Part shown: positions 1 to 9,951 of the stretch, one piece after another
Layout of the letters: every line of letters begins with the position of its first letter
Numbering within the stretch: the first letter of the stretch is position 1
Source of the DNA: Sandarakinorhabdus sp.
GTDB taxonomy: Bacteria > Pseudomonadota > Alphaproteobacteria > Sphingomonadales > Sphingomonadaceae
Assembly (NCBI RefSeq): GCF_040398665.1
Contig: NZ_JBBATQ010000006.1
Coordinates: 104,665 to 168,664, forward strand
Length of the DNA stretch: 64,000 nucleotides
Direction: 5' to 3'
The notes under the pieces: generated by a model
Told to the model about the DNA's origin: nothing
Databases searched by the model: none
What the model saw: only the letters and a program-made list of their open reading frames with translations
Made by a program: the position numbers and the translations under genes

Positions 1-77
1 GCGTTGTGATCGCCATGGGTGGCCGAACCATGCTGGGCGGCAGCCGGCAGGGCAGCCAACGCCAACACACCTGTCAT
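1..77 (-). CDS. 5' end of a CDS that runs off the window: exported protein with a signal peptide followed by a His-rich stretch
   Basis: Minus-strand ATG at 77, 13 nt downstream of the permease stop. Translation is MTGVLALAALPAAAQHGSATHGDHN... Only about 25 codons are visible. Confidence 0.3.
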   Translation of the reverse strand, partial: MTGVLALAALPAAAQHGSATHGDHN

Positions 78-90
78 CAAAACCAGAAAC

Positions 91-1638
91 CTATTCATGT
101 CGCAGGGCCTCGATTGGTCGCAGTTCAGATGCACGCCGGGCGGGATAGACCCCGGCCACGATCCCCAGCACCAGGGCGGCAGCAATCGCCGCCAGCGCCG
201 TCAGCGGCGATACCGTCGCCGACCAGTGGAAAAAGCTTTCGAGCCCACCCGATGCCGCAACGCCGATCGCGATGCCAAGCACGCCGCCGATCAGGCTGAG
301 CAGCACGGCCTCCAGCAGAAATTGCGCCGCGATATCGCTTTGCCGTGCGCCAAGCGCGATCCGCAATCCCACTTCCCGTGTGCGCTGGGTGACGGACAGC
401 AACAGCAGATTGGTCACGCCGATGCCGCCCACCAGCAAGGACACGGCTGCCACACTGCCCAGCATGACCAGCATGGTCTGATTGGCGCGCGACAGCGATC
501 CCGACAATTGTTCGACGGTCAATTCCTCGACGCGCTCCAGATTGCCGCCCACGGCCCGGGCCAGTTCTGGCGGCAGCCCCTTGCCAAGCGCCTGCTTGGC
601 CATGCTGGTGACAATGAAATCATCGGGTTCGGCTTCGGTGATGCCATGGCGTTCGCGCAGCAGATCGATGATCTGCTTGGCAACCGCCGCATTTTCGCCG
701 ACCGACGTGGTGGTGACCGTCACCGTGTTGAGTTTGCCGAGGTTGAGCAGCCGGTGCACCGTGGTGACCGGCACATAGACCGCATCGAATTGATCATCCC
801 CCGCGACGGGCTGCGCAGCCCAGCTCTTGCTGCCGACGACGCCGATCACCTGGAACCGCTGGTTCCACAGCGTCAGGGTCTTGCCAGTCGGATCGACGCC
901 CTCGCCAAACAGCCGGTCCGCCACCACGCGGCCCAGCACCATCACCTGCGCGCTCTGCTCCACGTCATCGGGGCTGAGAAACCGCCCGCGGTTGATCACC
1001 CACCCGGCGCGCACTTGCGGCAGATCGGCTTCGGTGCCGTGCAGACGGGTGAACCATTGGCGTTTTTCCGGGCTGTCGGCCACGAACACCCGGGCATTCT
1101 CGTGCACACCCGACACGACGAACTTCACGCCCTTCACTTGTTCTGCCAGCACCCGCGCATCATCGCGGGTCAGGGTTGCGGCGGAACCCAGGCCCGCCGC
1201 CATATCCCCCAGACGCTCCTTGGCCAGCGGATGATCGTGCATCTCCATCGGATCGTCTTCTTCGTGGACCTGCCGCAGCAGGCCGCCAAAGCGATTGCCG
1301 CCCACCGGGAACCCGGGGCTGTAGGCGGCCAGCATCAGCCGGGGCCTTACCACCGTGGGCAAGGCACCGGCATCGAAGGCCGCATGGCCGATCGTGGCTT
1401 CCGGATCAGGCCGGGCACCGCGATCCATGCGATAATTGCCAGAGGTGATCACGATCACATTGGCCCCGGCGGCGAGCAATTGATCGTTGAGCGCATTCTG
1501 GGCGCCGCGCCCCAGCGCCATGGAGGTCACCAGCGCCGCAACGCCGATGGTCACGCCGATCACCGCCAGTGCGGCCTGGTTGCGGTTGCGCAGCAAAGCG
1601 GCAAGCGCCATCGGCAGGGCCGGCAGCGGGTTGAACAT
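91..1638 (-). CDS. ABC transporter permease, MacB/FtsX family
   Basis: 515-aa ORF with an N-terminal TM helix, a large extracytoplasmic loop and a C-terminal FtsX-type TM bundle (GGIGVTNLLLLSVTQRTREVGLRIALGA). Its start abuts the ATPase stop (1638/1641). Confidence 0.85.
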   Translation of the reverse strand: MFNPLPALPMALAALLRNRNQAALAVIGVTIGVAALVTSMALGRGAQNALNDQLLAAGANVIVITSGNYRMDRGARPDPEATIGHAAFDAGALPTVVRPRLMLAAYSPGFPVGGNRFGGLLRQVHEEDDPMEMHDHPLAKERLGDMAAGLGSAATLTRDDARVLAEQVKGVKFVVSGVHENARVFVADSPEKRQWFTRLHGTEADLPQVRAGWVINRGRFLSPDDVEQSAQVMVLGRVVADRLFGEGVDPTGKTLTLWNQRFQVIGVVGSKSWAAQPVAGDDQFDAVYVPVTTVHRLLNLGKLNTVTVTTTSVGENAAVAKQIIDLLRERHGITEAEPDDFIVTSMAKQALGKGLPPELARAVGGNLERVEELTVEQLSGSLSRANQTMLVMLGSVAAVSLLVGGIGVTNLLLLSVTQRTREVGLRIALGARQSDIAAQFLLEAVLLSLIGGVLGIAIGVAASGGLESFFHWSATVSPLTALAAIAAALVLGIVAGVYPARRASELRPIEALRHE

Positions 1639-1640
1639 GG

Positions 1641-2405
<765 letters not shown>

Positions 2406-2475
2406 GACCCTGGATGTGACTGGCGCCGGAAAACCCGACAATGATCCGTGCAAGGGGATCAGTACGACGGCGTTA

Positions 2476-4107
2476 TCAGGGCTTTTCGGGCGCCAGGGCG
2501 ATTGGCCCGTTCAACCCGGCATATGTGTAGAGGGCGGTGGCGATGATCTTTTCCGCCGTCGCCATCCCCGGCGAATTGCCGGCCCCTTCGATGACCCAGA
2601 ATTCATTGGCAGCGTGGGCGTTGCCGCCCGTGCCACCACGAACCGAGCTGATCGGGATGTTGATCGGCGATTCGGTGCCCGAAAACAGATAGGCCGGCCA
2701 ATAACCGCCGCCGCCGCCGGCCAGCAAGATGCTGTCGTTGGGCGTGATCGGATCATGGTTCTGCCCCCACATCTGCGCGGTATAGGCGGTGGCACGGCTG
2801 ATATCGTTGTCGGTGTTCTTCTTGGCCCAAGGCACATCGCCGACCAGATTGATCTCGACATCCTTGTAACCGAGCTTGTCGAGATGCTTGCGCAGCTTGG
2901 CGACGATATCCGGCCCGCTCATGTTGGGCACATAGCGGAAATTATGCTTGGACATGATCTTGTTGGGCAGGATGGCGCCGGAACCGCCGGCAAACATGTT
3001 GCCCCCCCAGATGCCATCAAGATTCATCGATGTGCCCATCCGCGCCATCTTCAGCTGGGTGAGCGGATCATCGGAAATGAACCGCGCCACGCCCAGGTTG
3101 TTCGCGGCACGCTTCAGATCATATTTCGCCGCCGACTTGGCCAGGATGGCCAGCTCTTCCTTGGTGGGCGGCACGATATTGTCATAGAATCCGGGGATCA
3201 GCACCGTGTTGCCATCGGCCGAAACCAGCTTGGACAGCATCTGGATGTGCCGCCATGCCGGGCTGTCGACCGAGCGCTTGTTGGAACCGTGGATGTCGGA
3301 ATAGACCGGACCGCGGCCCCAGCTCTTGCCGCTGGTGGTCAGCTCGACGAACACGCAGCCTTCCGAACCGCCGGGGCCCCACAGCGCATCGGCATCCTTC
3401 ACCAGATCGGCATGATCCTGCATGAACTTGTTGAGGCCGACATCCATGCGCTCCTCATCGCTTTCGACGATGAAGATCAGGTTGACCGGCAGCTTGCCGG
3501 TGACCGCCTTGATCGACAGCAAGGCGTTGTAGAACGACATTTCCGGGCCCTTGGAATTGACCGCGCCGCGCCCGATCAACACCTTCTTGTAGGGTGCCTG
3601 CTCGACAAGGCGGCCTTCGAACGGCGGCGCCTTCCACAGATCAGGCTGGGTGACCGGCATGGTGTCGCCCTGCCAGTAAACGGCCAGCGTCTTTTCCGCG
3701 CCCTCATCGCATTTGGCGTAGACCACCGGGTTGGACTGGGATCCCCACTTGTTGATGCCGGGATCAAAAACCTGCGTCTTCTGGCAGCCCAGCTTGTCGA
3801 AGAAGCCCTTCACCATCTCGGCCGATTCCGGGATGCCTTCGCCGGTGTTCGACACGGTGGGTTGCTGAATCCATTTCTGCAGATTGACGACGTGGGAATC
3901 GATGTTGGCATCGATATGATCATAAATCTTCAGCAGATCGGCGTTCTTGATCTTGGTGCGATCGAGCTTGATGGTTTCATCCCCGGCCGGGCGAATGCCC
4001 AGCTTCGGCCCATCGGCGGCAGCGGTTGCCGCGCCTTCCTTGCCATCCTTGGCAGTCTGATCCCCGCACGCTGCCAGTGCGATGGCAAGCGATGCCACAA
4101 GCGGCAT
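2476..4107 (-). CDS. Lipoprotein, M20-family (ArgE/DapE/dipeptidase-like) metallopeptidase
   Basis: ORF 2476-4158. Start moved to MPLVASLAIALAACG (lipobox LAAC). The family call rests on overall resemblance recalled from memory, not on checked catalytic residues. Confidence 0.6.
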   Translation of the reverse strand: MPLVASLAIALAACGDQTAKDGKEGAATAAADGPKLGIRPAGDETIKLDRTKIKNADLLKIYDHIDANIDSHVVNLQKWIQQPTVSNTGEGIPESAEMVKGFFDKLGCQKTQVFDPGINKWGSQSNPVVYAKCDEGAEKTLAVYWQGDTMPVTQPDLWKAPPFEGRLVEQAPYKKVLIGRGAVNSKGPEMSFYNALLSIKAVTGKLPVNLIFIVESDEERMDVGLNKFMQDHADLVKDADALWGPGGSEGCVFVELTTSGKSWGRGPVYSDIHGSNKRSVDSPAWRHIQMLSKLVSADGNTVLIPGFYDNIVPPTKEELAILAKSAAKYDLKRAANNLGVARFISDDPLTQLKMARMGTSMNLDGIWGGNMFAGGSGAILPNKIMSKHNFRYVPNMSGPDIVAKLRKHLDKLGYKDVEINLVGDVPWAKKNTDNDISRATAYTAQMWGQNHDPITPNDSILLAGGGGGYWPAYLFSGTESPINIPISSVRGGTGGNAHAANEFWVIEGAGNSPGMATAEKIIATALYTYAGLNGPIALAPEKP

Positions 4108-4197
4108 CCAACGAATCTGCTTGAATGTGGTCACAGTCGATCCCCCTGGTCGAATCACAAGGCCGCATGATCGCCCGCCAGCGACACCCCTGCGCCT

Positions 4198-4416
4198 TCA
4201 GGTTTCAGCAGCCGCCAGCAATCTCATATACGCAATTTGACCGGCTGGCAGACCTCGGGTGAGCGCGGCCCCATGTTTCATGCCGGCAAGACGGCACAGA
4301 ACGTCGGTCATCGCGATGAAAATGGCCGCCAGCACCCGCGCGGCACATGCCAGCAGCAGCATTTCGAAAAGCGACACCAGCAGCCAGGCGATGCCGACGA
4401 TGGCCCCGCCGATCAC
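4198..4416 (-). CDS. Small hydrophobic hypothetical protein
   Basis: 72-codon ORF starting at GTG, directly downstream of the DUF1328 gene. Two hydrophobic segments and G/C-rich third positions. The open frame extends upstream without a canonical start. No family recognised. Confidence 0.3.
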   Translation of the reverse strand: MIGGAIVGIAWLLVSLFEMLLLACAARVLAAIFIAMTDVLCRLAGMKHGAALTRGLPAGQIAYMRLLAAAET

Positions 4417-4519
4417 GACAAGGGCCGCAATGATGCCGATCTGTTGGCCGAAACCGGCCGTGCAAACGCGTCTTTCGGTCAGGAGGCCCCGCTGGCGTGC
4501 TGCAGCCCTTGATACAGGA

Positions 4520-4693
4520 TCAGGTCACCTTCTTGAACAGGGTGAAGCCCAGCACGAACAGCACGATGGCGATGATCACCGCGATCCAGAACAGCAGCTT
4601 GGCCACGCCCCAGGCCGCGCCGGCAAGGCCGCCGAAGCCGAGAACGCCAAACACCAGCGCAACGACGGCGAAGCAAAAGGCAGCTTTCAGCAT
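4520..4693 (-). CDS. DUF1328 (UPF0391) small membrane protein
   Basis: MLKAAFCFAVVALVFGVLGFGGLAGAAWGVAKLLFWIAVIIAIVLFVLGFTLFKK is the typical two-helix DUF1328 pattern. Start taken at an internal Met of ORF 4520-4744. Confidence 0.7.
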   Translation of the reverse strand: MLKAAFCFAVVALVFGVLGFGGLAGAAWGVAKLLFWIAVIIAIVLFVLGFTLFKKVT

Positions 4694-4785
4694 GACGATG
4701 GACCCGATGATCGAGGATGGCCGCAGCCGGAGCGCGTTCAACACGCGGCGGCGCGGCCGGTTCCATCGCGATCTGGACCATCAGA

Positions 4786-5313
4786 TCATTTGCGCACCCA
4801 TTTCAGATCATATTCGGTGATCCAGGTGGCACCGCCGTCTTCGGTGCCGACCGAAAGCTCCCGGATGGTGCCATCGGGGTTTTTCGACAGCGTCCAGTGG
4901 CGCAGCCGCACCTTGCCGTTCGGCATCGGCCGCTCGGTGACATAACGCATCTCGCCGGGCTTGATCAGCGTCCCACGGAAGCTGGTGGTGGCGCCATTGT
5001 CGGTCGCCCAATAATAGCCCCAGTTCTTCAACAGCGGCGAATAGCTGAACACGCCGATGCCATTGCCATCATCGCGGCCCTTGTAGACTGTCCAGCGCTC
5101 CTCGATCACGCAATCGTTGAGGATCAGCTTCATGGAGACTTCGGCGGTCTTGGCGGCGCCGGTGTAGACATCCCATTCACCAACCGTGAAATCCTGGGCC
5201 CGATAATTGGCATCGTTGCGGCAGACACCCGCAGTGGCGGGCTGGGCAGGCTGGGCGGCGATCGACGCCGGCAGCGCCAGCAATAGAGCGAGGGGGATTG
5301 CACGGCGCAGCAT
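4786..5313 (-). CDS. Secreted hypothetical protein
   Basis: 175 aa with signal peptide MLRRAIPLALLLALPASIAAQP. Coding-like composition. No family recognised. Confidence 0.6.
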   Translation of the reverse strand: MLRRAIPLALLLALPASIAAQPAQPATAGVCRNDANYRAQDFTVGEWDVYTGAAKTAEVSMKLILNDCVIEERWTVYKGRDDGNGIGVFSYSPLLKNWGYYWATDNGATTSFRGTLIKPGEMRYVTERPMPNGKVRLRHWTLSKNPDGTIRELSVGTEDGGATWITEYDLKWVRK

Positions 5314-5427
5314 CGGGACTATCCTTCTGGCAAGAGGTGGCCAAGATTAGCGCGGCTTTTGCCGAATGTCTTGGGCAGATGCCGCACTGGGGCGCGGCAC
5401 GGCAGAGCGCGGCGGAGAGGGGCGATA

Positions 5428-7293
5428 ATGGCGGACTGGTCGGATCACGAACTCGGCATGGGGCGGCCGATTGCACGTCGGGATTTTCTCGGCGGCGCGG
5501 CGCTGGCGGTGGCCGCGGGCGGCCTGGGGCTGCCCACCGCGGCGGCGGCACAAGCCGCGGACTACCCGCCGCTGAAAACCGGCCTGCGCGGGCAATATCC
5601 GGGCAGCTTCGAAATGGCGCACATGGCGCGCGACGGCAGCTTCGGCGGCCCTCTGGCGGCAGACGACAGCGGCGAACATTATGATCTGGTGATCGTGGGC
5701 GGCGGCATTTCCGGCCTGTCGGCGGCGTGGTTCCACCGGCAGGCCATGGGCGCGGACCAGAAAATCCTGATCCTCGACAATCACGATGATTTCGGCGGCC
5801 ACGCCAAGCGCAACGAGTTCGTCCATCAGGGCCGCACCATCCTGGCCTATGGCGGCACGATGAGCATTGAATCGCCGTTCCCGTACAGCTTCACCTCGAA
5901 ACGCATGCTGGCCGAACTGGGCGTCGATCTCACCAGCTATGAACGCTTCGAAACGAAAGCCTATGACGGGCTGGGCAACGCCACCTTCTTCGACCGTGAG
6001 CATTTCGCCGGCGACAGGCTGGTGACCGGCACCGGCAAAAAGCCCTGGGGGCAGTTTTTTGGCGAAGCGCCGCTGTCGCCAGCCGTGCGGGCCGACCTGA
6101 CGCGGCTGCATAGCGATAAAAAGGATTATCTGCCCGGCCTGACACCTGACCAGAAGGCGGCGGCATTGAAAGCCATCAGCTATCAGGATTTCCTGCTGAA
6201 GCATGCCGGCATGCTGCCGGAATCGCTGCCCTATTTCACCGGGCAGGGCCATCGCAACAACAAGCGGGTGGATACGGTGCCGGCCTGGGAAATCGCCAGC
6301 GGCGGTCGCTCACCGATTTTCGCCGGGATGACCCTGCCCGGCCAGATCCATGCCGAAGCGCAGCATTTCCATTGGCCCGATGGCAATGCGTCGGTGGCGC
6401 GGCTGCTGGTCTCCGCGCTGGTGCCTGGCGTGTTTCGCGGGCCGCTCGATCAGGAAAAAGTCGTGCTGGCACCGGCGAATTATGCCGCGCTCGACAATCC
6501 GGCCAATCCCGTGCGCATCCGGCTGAACGCCATGGTGATCCGCGCCGAGCACACCGGCCCGGTAACGCGCAGCACGGAAAAGGCCGTGCGCGTGGTCTAT
6601 GTGAAGGGCGGCAAGCGCATCGCGGTGACGGCGGCCAATGTGATCATGGCCTGTTTCAACAACATCATTCCGTACATCGTGCCCAGCCTGCCGGACGCGC
6701 AGAAGGCGGCGCTGCATTACCCGTCGAAGGTGCCGATGCAGTATACCAATGTGCTGCTGAGCAACTGGCGGGCCTGGGCGAAGCTGGGCACCAAGGCCAT
6801 CCACGCCCCCAATGGCTATCACACCACGACCGCGCTGGATGTGCCGATGCGCATCGGCGGCTACAGCAGCGCGCAGACGCCGGATGAGCCGGTGGTGCTG
6901 CACATGGTGCGCAATCCCAACAGCCCCGGCCTGCCCCGCAAGGAACAGAACCGCATCGGCCGCGCCGACATGCTGAACACCGATTACGCCACCATCGAAC
7001 GCGAGATCCGATCCCAGTTGCAGCGCATGCTGGGCGGCGCTGGCTTTGACGCCGCACGCGACATCGCCGGCATCACCGTGAACCGCTGGCCGCACGGCTA
7101 TGCCTATACCTATGACACGCTGGGTGACCCGGATGTGCCGGATGAACAGCGCCCGCACATATTGGGCCGGCAGAGTTTCGGCCGCATCGCCATTGCCAAT
7201 GCCGATGCGGCGGCCTCCGCCTTCACCAACACGGCGATCGATATGGCCGACCGGGCGGTGCAGGAGTGTTTGATCAGCCGGGGGTTGATCTGA
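5428..7293 (+). CDS. Tat-exported FAD-dependent amine oxidoreductase (spermidine-dehydrogenase-like)
   Basis: Twin-arginine motif RRDFLGGAALAVAAGG and dinucleotide-binding motif YDLVIVGGGISGLSAAWF. Start moved to MADWSDHELGMGRPIARRDFL. The SpdH-like assignment is a recollection. Confidence 0.7.
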   Translation: MADWSDHELGMGRPIARRDFLGGAALAVAAGGLGLPTAAAAQAADYPPLKTGLRGQYPGSFEMAHMARDGSFGGPLAADDSGEHYDLVIVGGGISGLSAAWFHRQAMGADQKILILDNHDDFGGHAKRNEFVHQGRTILAYGGTMSIESPFPYSFTSKRMLAELGVDLTSYERFETKAYDGLGNATFFDREHFAGDRLVTGTGKKPWGQFFGEAPLSPAVRADLTRLHSDKKDYLPGLTPDQKAAALKAISYQDFLLKHAGMLPESLPYFTGQGHRNNKRVDTVPAWEIASGGRSPIFAGMTLPGQIHAEAQHFHWPDGNASVARLLVSALVPGVFRGPLDQEKVVLAPANYAALDNPANPVRIRLNAMVIRAEHTGPVTRSTEKAVRVVYVKGGKRIAVTAANVIMACFNNIIPYIVPSLPDAQKAALHYPSKVPMQYTNVLLSNWRAWAKLGTKAIHAPNGYHTTTALDVPMRIGGYSSAQTPDEPVVLHMVRNPNSPGLPRKEQNRIGRADMLNTDYATIEREIRSQLQRMLGGAGFDAARDIAGITVNRWPHGYAYTYDTLGDPDVPDEQRPHILGRQSFGRIAIANADAAASAFTNTAIDMADRAVQECLISRGLI

Positions 7294-7305
7294 GCTTGTT
7301 TGCCT

Positions 7306-7378
7306 TTTGATTGAGGCACTTCTGCTCCCTCCCCCCTTGCGGGGAGGGAGTTGCCCCAATCAAACTGGGAACAATCGC
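7306..7378. repeat. REP-like nested hairpin element (copy A)
   Basis: Perfect 10-bp stem CTCCCTCCCC/GGGGAGGGAG (7325-7334/7341-7350) nested in an 8-bp outer stem TTTGATTG/CAATCAAA (7306-7313/7357-7364). The tail ends in CAATCGC. Lies 13 nt after the oxidoreductase stop. Confidence 0.7.
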
Positions 7379-7384
7379 TTTATT

Positions 7385-8080
7385 CTATAGCCAGAAGCGA
7401 ACACCGGTCCGGATTGACCACCCGCCGGGGTTTTCCCCCGCGGCGCGCGCCAGGCGGCTCGATTCCCCCAGCCGCCGCTCGAACATCACAGCGACATAAG
7501 GCGCGACGCGGCGGGTGACTTCATAGCGGGTAAGGATCCCGGCTTCGATGATGGCCGGGCCGGGGGCAATCAGCCGCTCCGGGACTCGGGTGGCGTAGAT
7601 ATCGGTTTCGAACAGCGGCTGGATGACGAACCGGTTGGTCATGCGAATGTCGAACGATTGGCGCAGGCGCAGCAGCACATCGCCCTTCAGGCCGAAAAAC
7701 ACGTGCGCCTCGGTTTCGAAAAACAGCGGCGCCAGGCCCGTCACCCCCACCACCACATAGGTGCGCGCATCGGGCGCGATATCGTGGCGCAGGCCGACTT
7801 GCGCATCGAAGAAGGTGGCGACGTTGCGGCTGTAGAGCGCCTGGAGTTCGCTCTGCTCCAGCCGCGGGCCCTTGGTTTCGCCTTCGGTGCGCCACCAGAA
7901 TTTGTGCATGTCGCTGCCGATCCAGCCCTGCGCCTCCCAATTGGCAACCAGCGTGCCGTTGAAGCTTGTGAGATCGGCTTCCTCGACCAACGTGTAGTTG
8001 TTGATGCCGCCATCATGGGCCTGCGTGTCTTGCGCGGCACCGGGAGCGGCCAGCAACGCTGCCAATAGAACGCCGCGCAT
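7385..8080 (-). CDS. copB: Copper resistance protein B (outer-membrane, CopB/PcoB family)
   Basis: Signal peptide MRGVLLAALLAAPGAAQD and conserved GWIGSDMHKFWWRTEGE...LQALYSRNVATFFDAQVGLRHD. The start overlaps the copA stop by 1 nt (TGATG). Confidence 0.85.
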   Translation of the reverse strand: MRGVLLAALLAAPGAAQDTQAHDGGINNYTLVEEADLTSFNGTLVANWEAQGWIGSDMHKFWWRTEGETKGPRLEQSELQALYSRNVATFFDAQVGLRHDIAPDARTYVVVGVTGLAPLFFETEAHVFFGLKGDVLLRLRQSFDIRMTNRFVIQPLFETDIYATRVPERLIAPGPAIIEAGILTRYEVTRRVAPYVAVMFERRLGESSRLARAAGENPGGWSIRTGVRFWL

Positions 8081-9951
8081 CAATGCACGTGCGGCCGGGC
8101 GAGCGCGATCTTGCCATCCGGACTCGCGACATTGGCCACCACCAGCTTGCCCATCATGCCGCTGTTCATGTGATAGAGCAGGTGGCAGTGCAGCGGCCAT
8201 TCGCCGGCTTCGTTCGCGGTCAGCACGATCGACTGGGTGCGGCCCGGCGCCACCACGATGACGTTCTTTTCCGGCGTCAGGCCCGGCGCCTGGCCGTTCT
8301 CCACCTCAAAAAACATGCCATGCAGGTGCATCGGGTGCGCCATCATGGTTTCGTTGATGAAGGTGATGCGCACGCGCTCCCCGAACGTCACGTCGATGGG
8401 TGGACCTTCGCCGAATTTCTTGCCGTTCAGCGTCCAGATGTAGCGCTCCATATTGCCCTGCAACCGCACGATGATCTCGCGGGTCGGCGGCGCGGCATCG
8501 GCGCGGGGCCCAAGCGCCACCAGATCGCGCATGGAGAGCACGCGGGCACCATAAGGCGCGCCGGTGGCCCAGCCGAAGACCCGCCCCGACCCATCGGTGT
8601 CGCCTTCACGGCCCAGCACCGGCATGCCCTTCATCGGCATGCCGGCCATCGGATCGCGGCCATAGCCATAATCGACGAGCGGAAAGGGCGTGCCGCCGAC
8701 CAGGCGTGTCGCCTGTGCCACGGCAGTGCCGACGCGCGGGCCGGATGATCTGGGCGTGCAATGGCCCATTGCGGCGTGTTCAGCTGGACAGTCCGGGTCC
8801 GACGCCCCACCGGCCTCTCCCGCTCGCGGGAGGGGAGCAGAGCCGCAATGGCCCATCGCAGCATGCTCGGCGCTGCACGCTTCACCGGGCGCCGGCATGG
8901 CATGGCCCATTTCGCTGAGCAGCAGCACCTGTTTCGGGCGGGCGGGCGGCGCCTGCACGGTGAGCGCCGGATCGCTGGTCAGATTGACCAGCACGCTGGC
9001 GCGGCGATCGAGCGTTTCCACCCACAGCGCATGCGCGCCGACCGGCGGGGTGACGATCACATCCCAGGTTTCGGCCACGCCCATGCGCAGTTCATCCACC
9101 ACCACCGGCTGAATGGGCCGGCCATCGGCGGCGACCACCGTCATGGCCACGCCCGGAATGCGCACGTCCATGAAGCTCATCGCGCTGCCGTTGATCAGCC
9201 GCAGCCGCACACGCTGGCCGGGGGTGAAGGCAAACACCGGCTTCGCCGCGCTCGGCTTGCCGTGGGCGAGCAAGGCATAGCCCGTCACGTCGGCAATATC
9301 GGTGGCATCCATGCGCATCTGCCCCCAGGCGCGGCGCTCTGCCATGGTCTTGTCCATGCCGAACTTTTGTCCATCCCGCACCAGTTCCGGCAGGGTGCGC
9401 TTGTTCCAGTTGTAATAGCCGCTGTCGCTTTTCAGGTTGCGCTGCACGCGGCCCGGATCTTCGCGCGTGTGGTCCGACAGCAGGATCACATGCTCCGCAT
9501 CGGCCTTGATCGGGTCGTCTCCCGCCGGCGCGATGATCAGCGCGCCATATTGGCCGGCCTGTTCCTGGCCTTCGCTGTGCGCGTGATACCAATAGGTGCC
9601 GCTCTGGCGGACCTTGATGCGGTAGATATGGGTCTCGCCGGGCGCTATCCCGGTGAAGCCATTGAAGCCCGGTGCGCCATCCTGCGGCCCATCGACCAGC
9701 AAGCCGTGCCAGTGGATCGAGGTCGCGGATTTCAACCGGTTGGTGACCCGAACGATGGCCTCCTCGCCTTCCTTGAAGCGCAAGGTCGGGCCAGGCACGC
9801 TGCCATTGATGGCGATCACGCTGTCGCTGCGGCCGGGCACGATCGCCATCTGCCGGCGTTCGACCAGCAGGTCATAAGTGGCAGCGCTGGCCGACGCCGA
9901 CACCATCAGGCACAGCACCATCAGGAGAAAGCGGTTCATCGTGGCGTTCAT
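8080..9951 (-). CDS. copA: Multicopper oxidase CopA/PcoA
   Basis: Copper-ligand motifs HWHGLLV, YWYHAHS, HPMHLHGMFF and HCHLLYHMNSGMM, plus a Met/His/Cys-rich linker. The N-terminus looks like a Sec signal (MNRFLLMVLCLMVSASASA) rather than a classic twin-arginine signal. Confidence 0.9.
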   Translation of the reverse strand: MNATMNRFLLMVLCLMVSASASAATYDLLVERRQMAIVPGRSDSVIAINGSVPGPTLRFKEGEEAIVRVTNRLKSATSIHWHGLLVDGPQDGAPGFNGFTGIAPGETHIYRIKVRQSGTYWYHAHSEGQEQAGQYGALIIAPAGDDPIKADAEHVILLSDHTREDPGRVQRNLKSDSGYYNWNKRTLPELVRDGQKFGMDKTMAERRAWGQMRMDATDIADVTGYALLAHGKPSAAKPVFAFTPGQRVRLRLINGSAMSFMDVRIPGVAMTVVAADGRPIQPVVVDELRMGVAETWDVIVTPPVGAHALWVETLDRRASVLVNLTSDPALTVQAPPARPKQVLLLSEMGHAMPAPGEACSAEHAAMGHCGSAPLPRAGEAGGASDPDCPAEHAAMGHCTPRSSGPRVGTAVAQATRLVGGTPFPLVDYGYGRDPMAGMPMKGMPVLGREGDTDGSGRVFGWATGAPYGARVLSMRDLVALGPRADAAPPTREIIVRLQGNMERYIWTLNGKKFGEGPPIDVTFGERVRITFINETMMAHPMHLHGMFFEVENGQAPGLTPEKNVIVVAPGRTQSIVLTANEAGEWPLHCHLLYHMNSGMMGKLVVANVASPDGKIALARPHVH

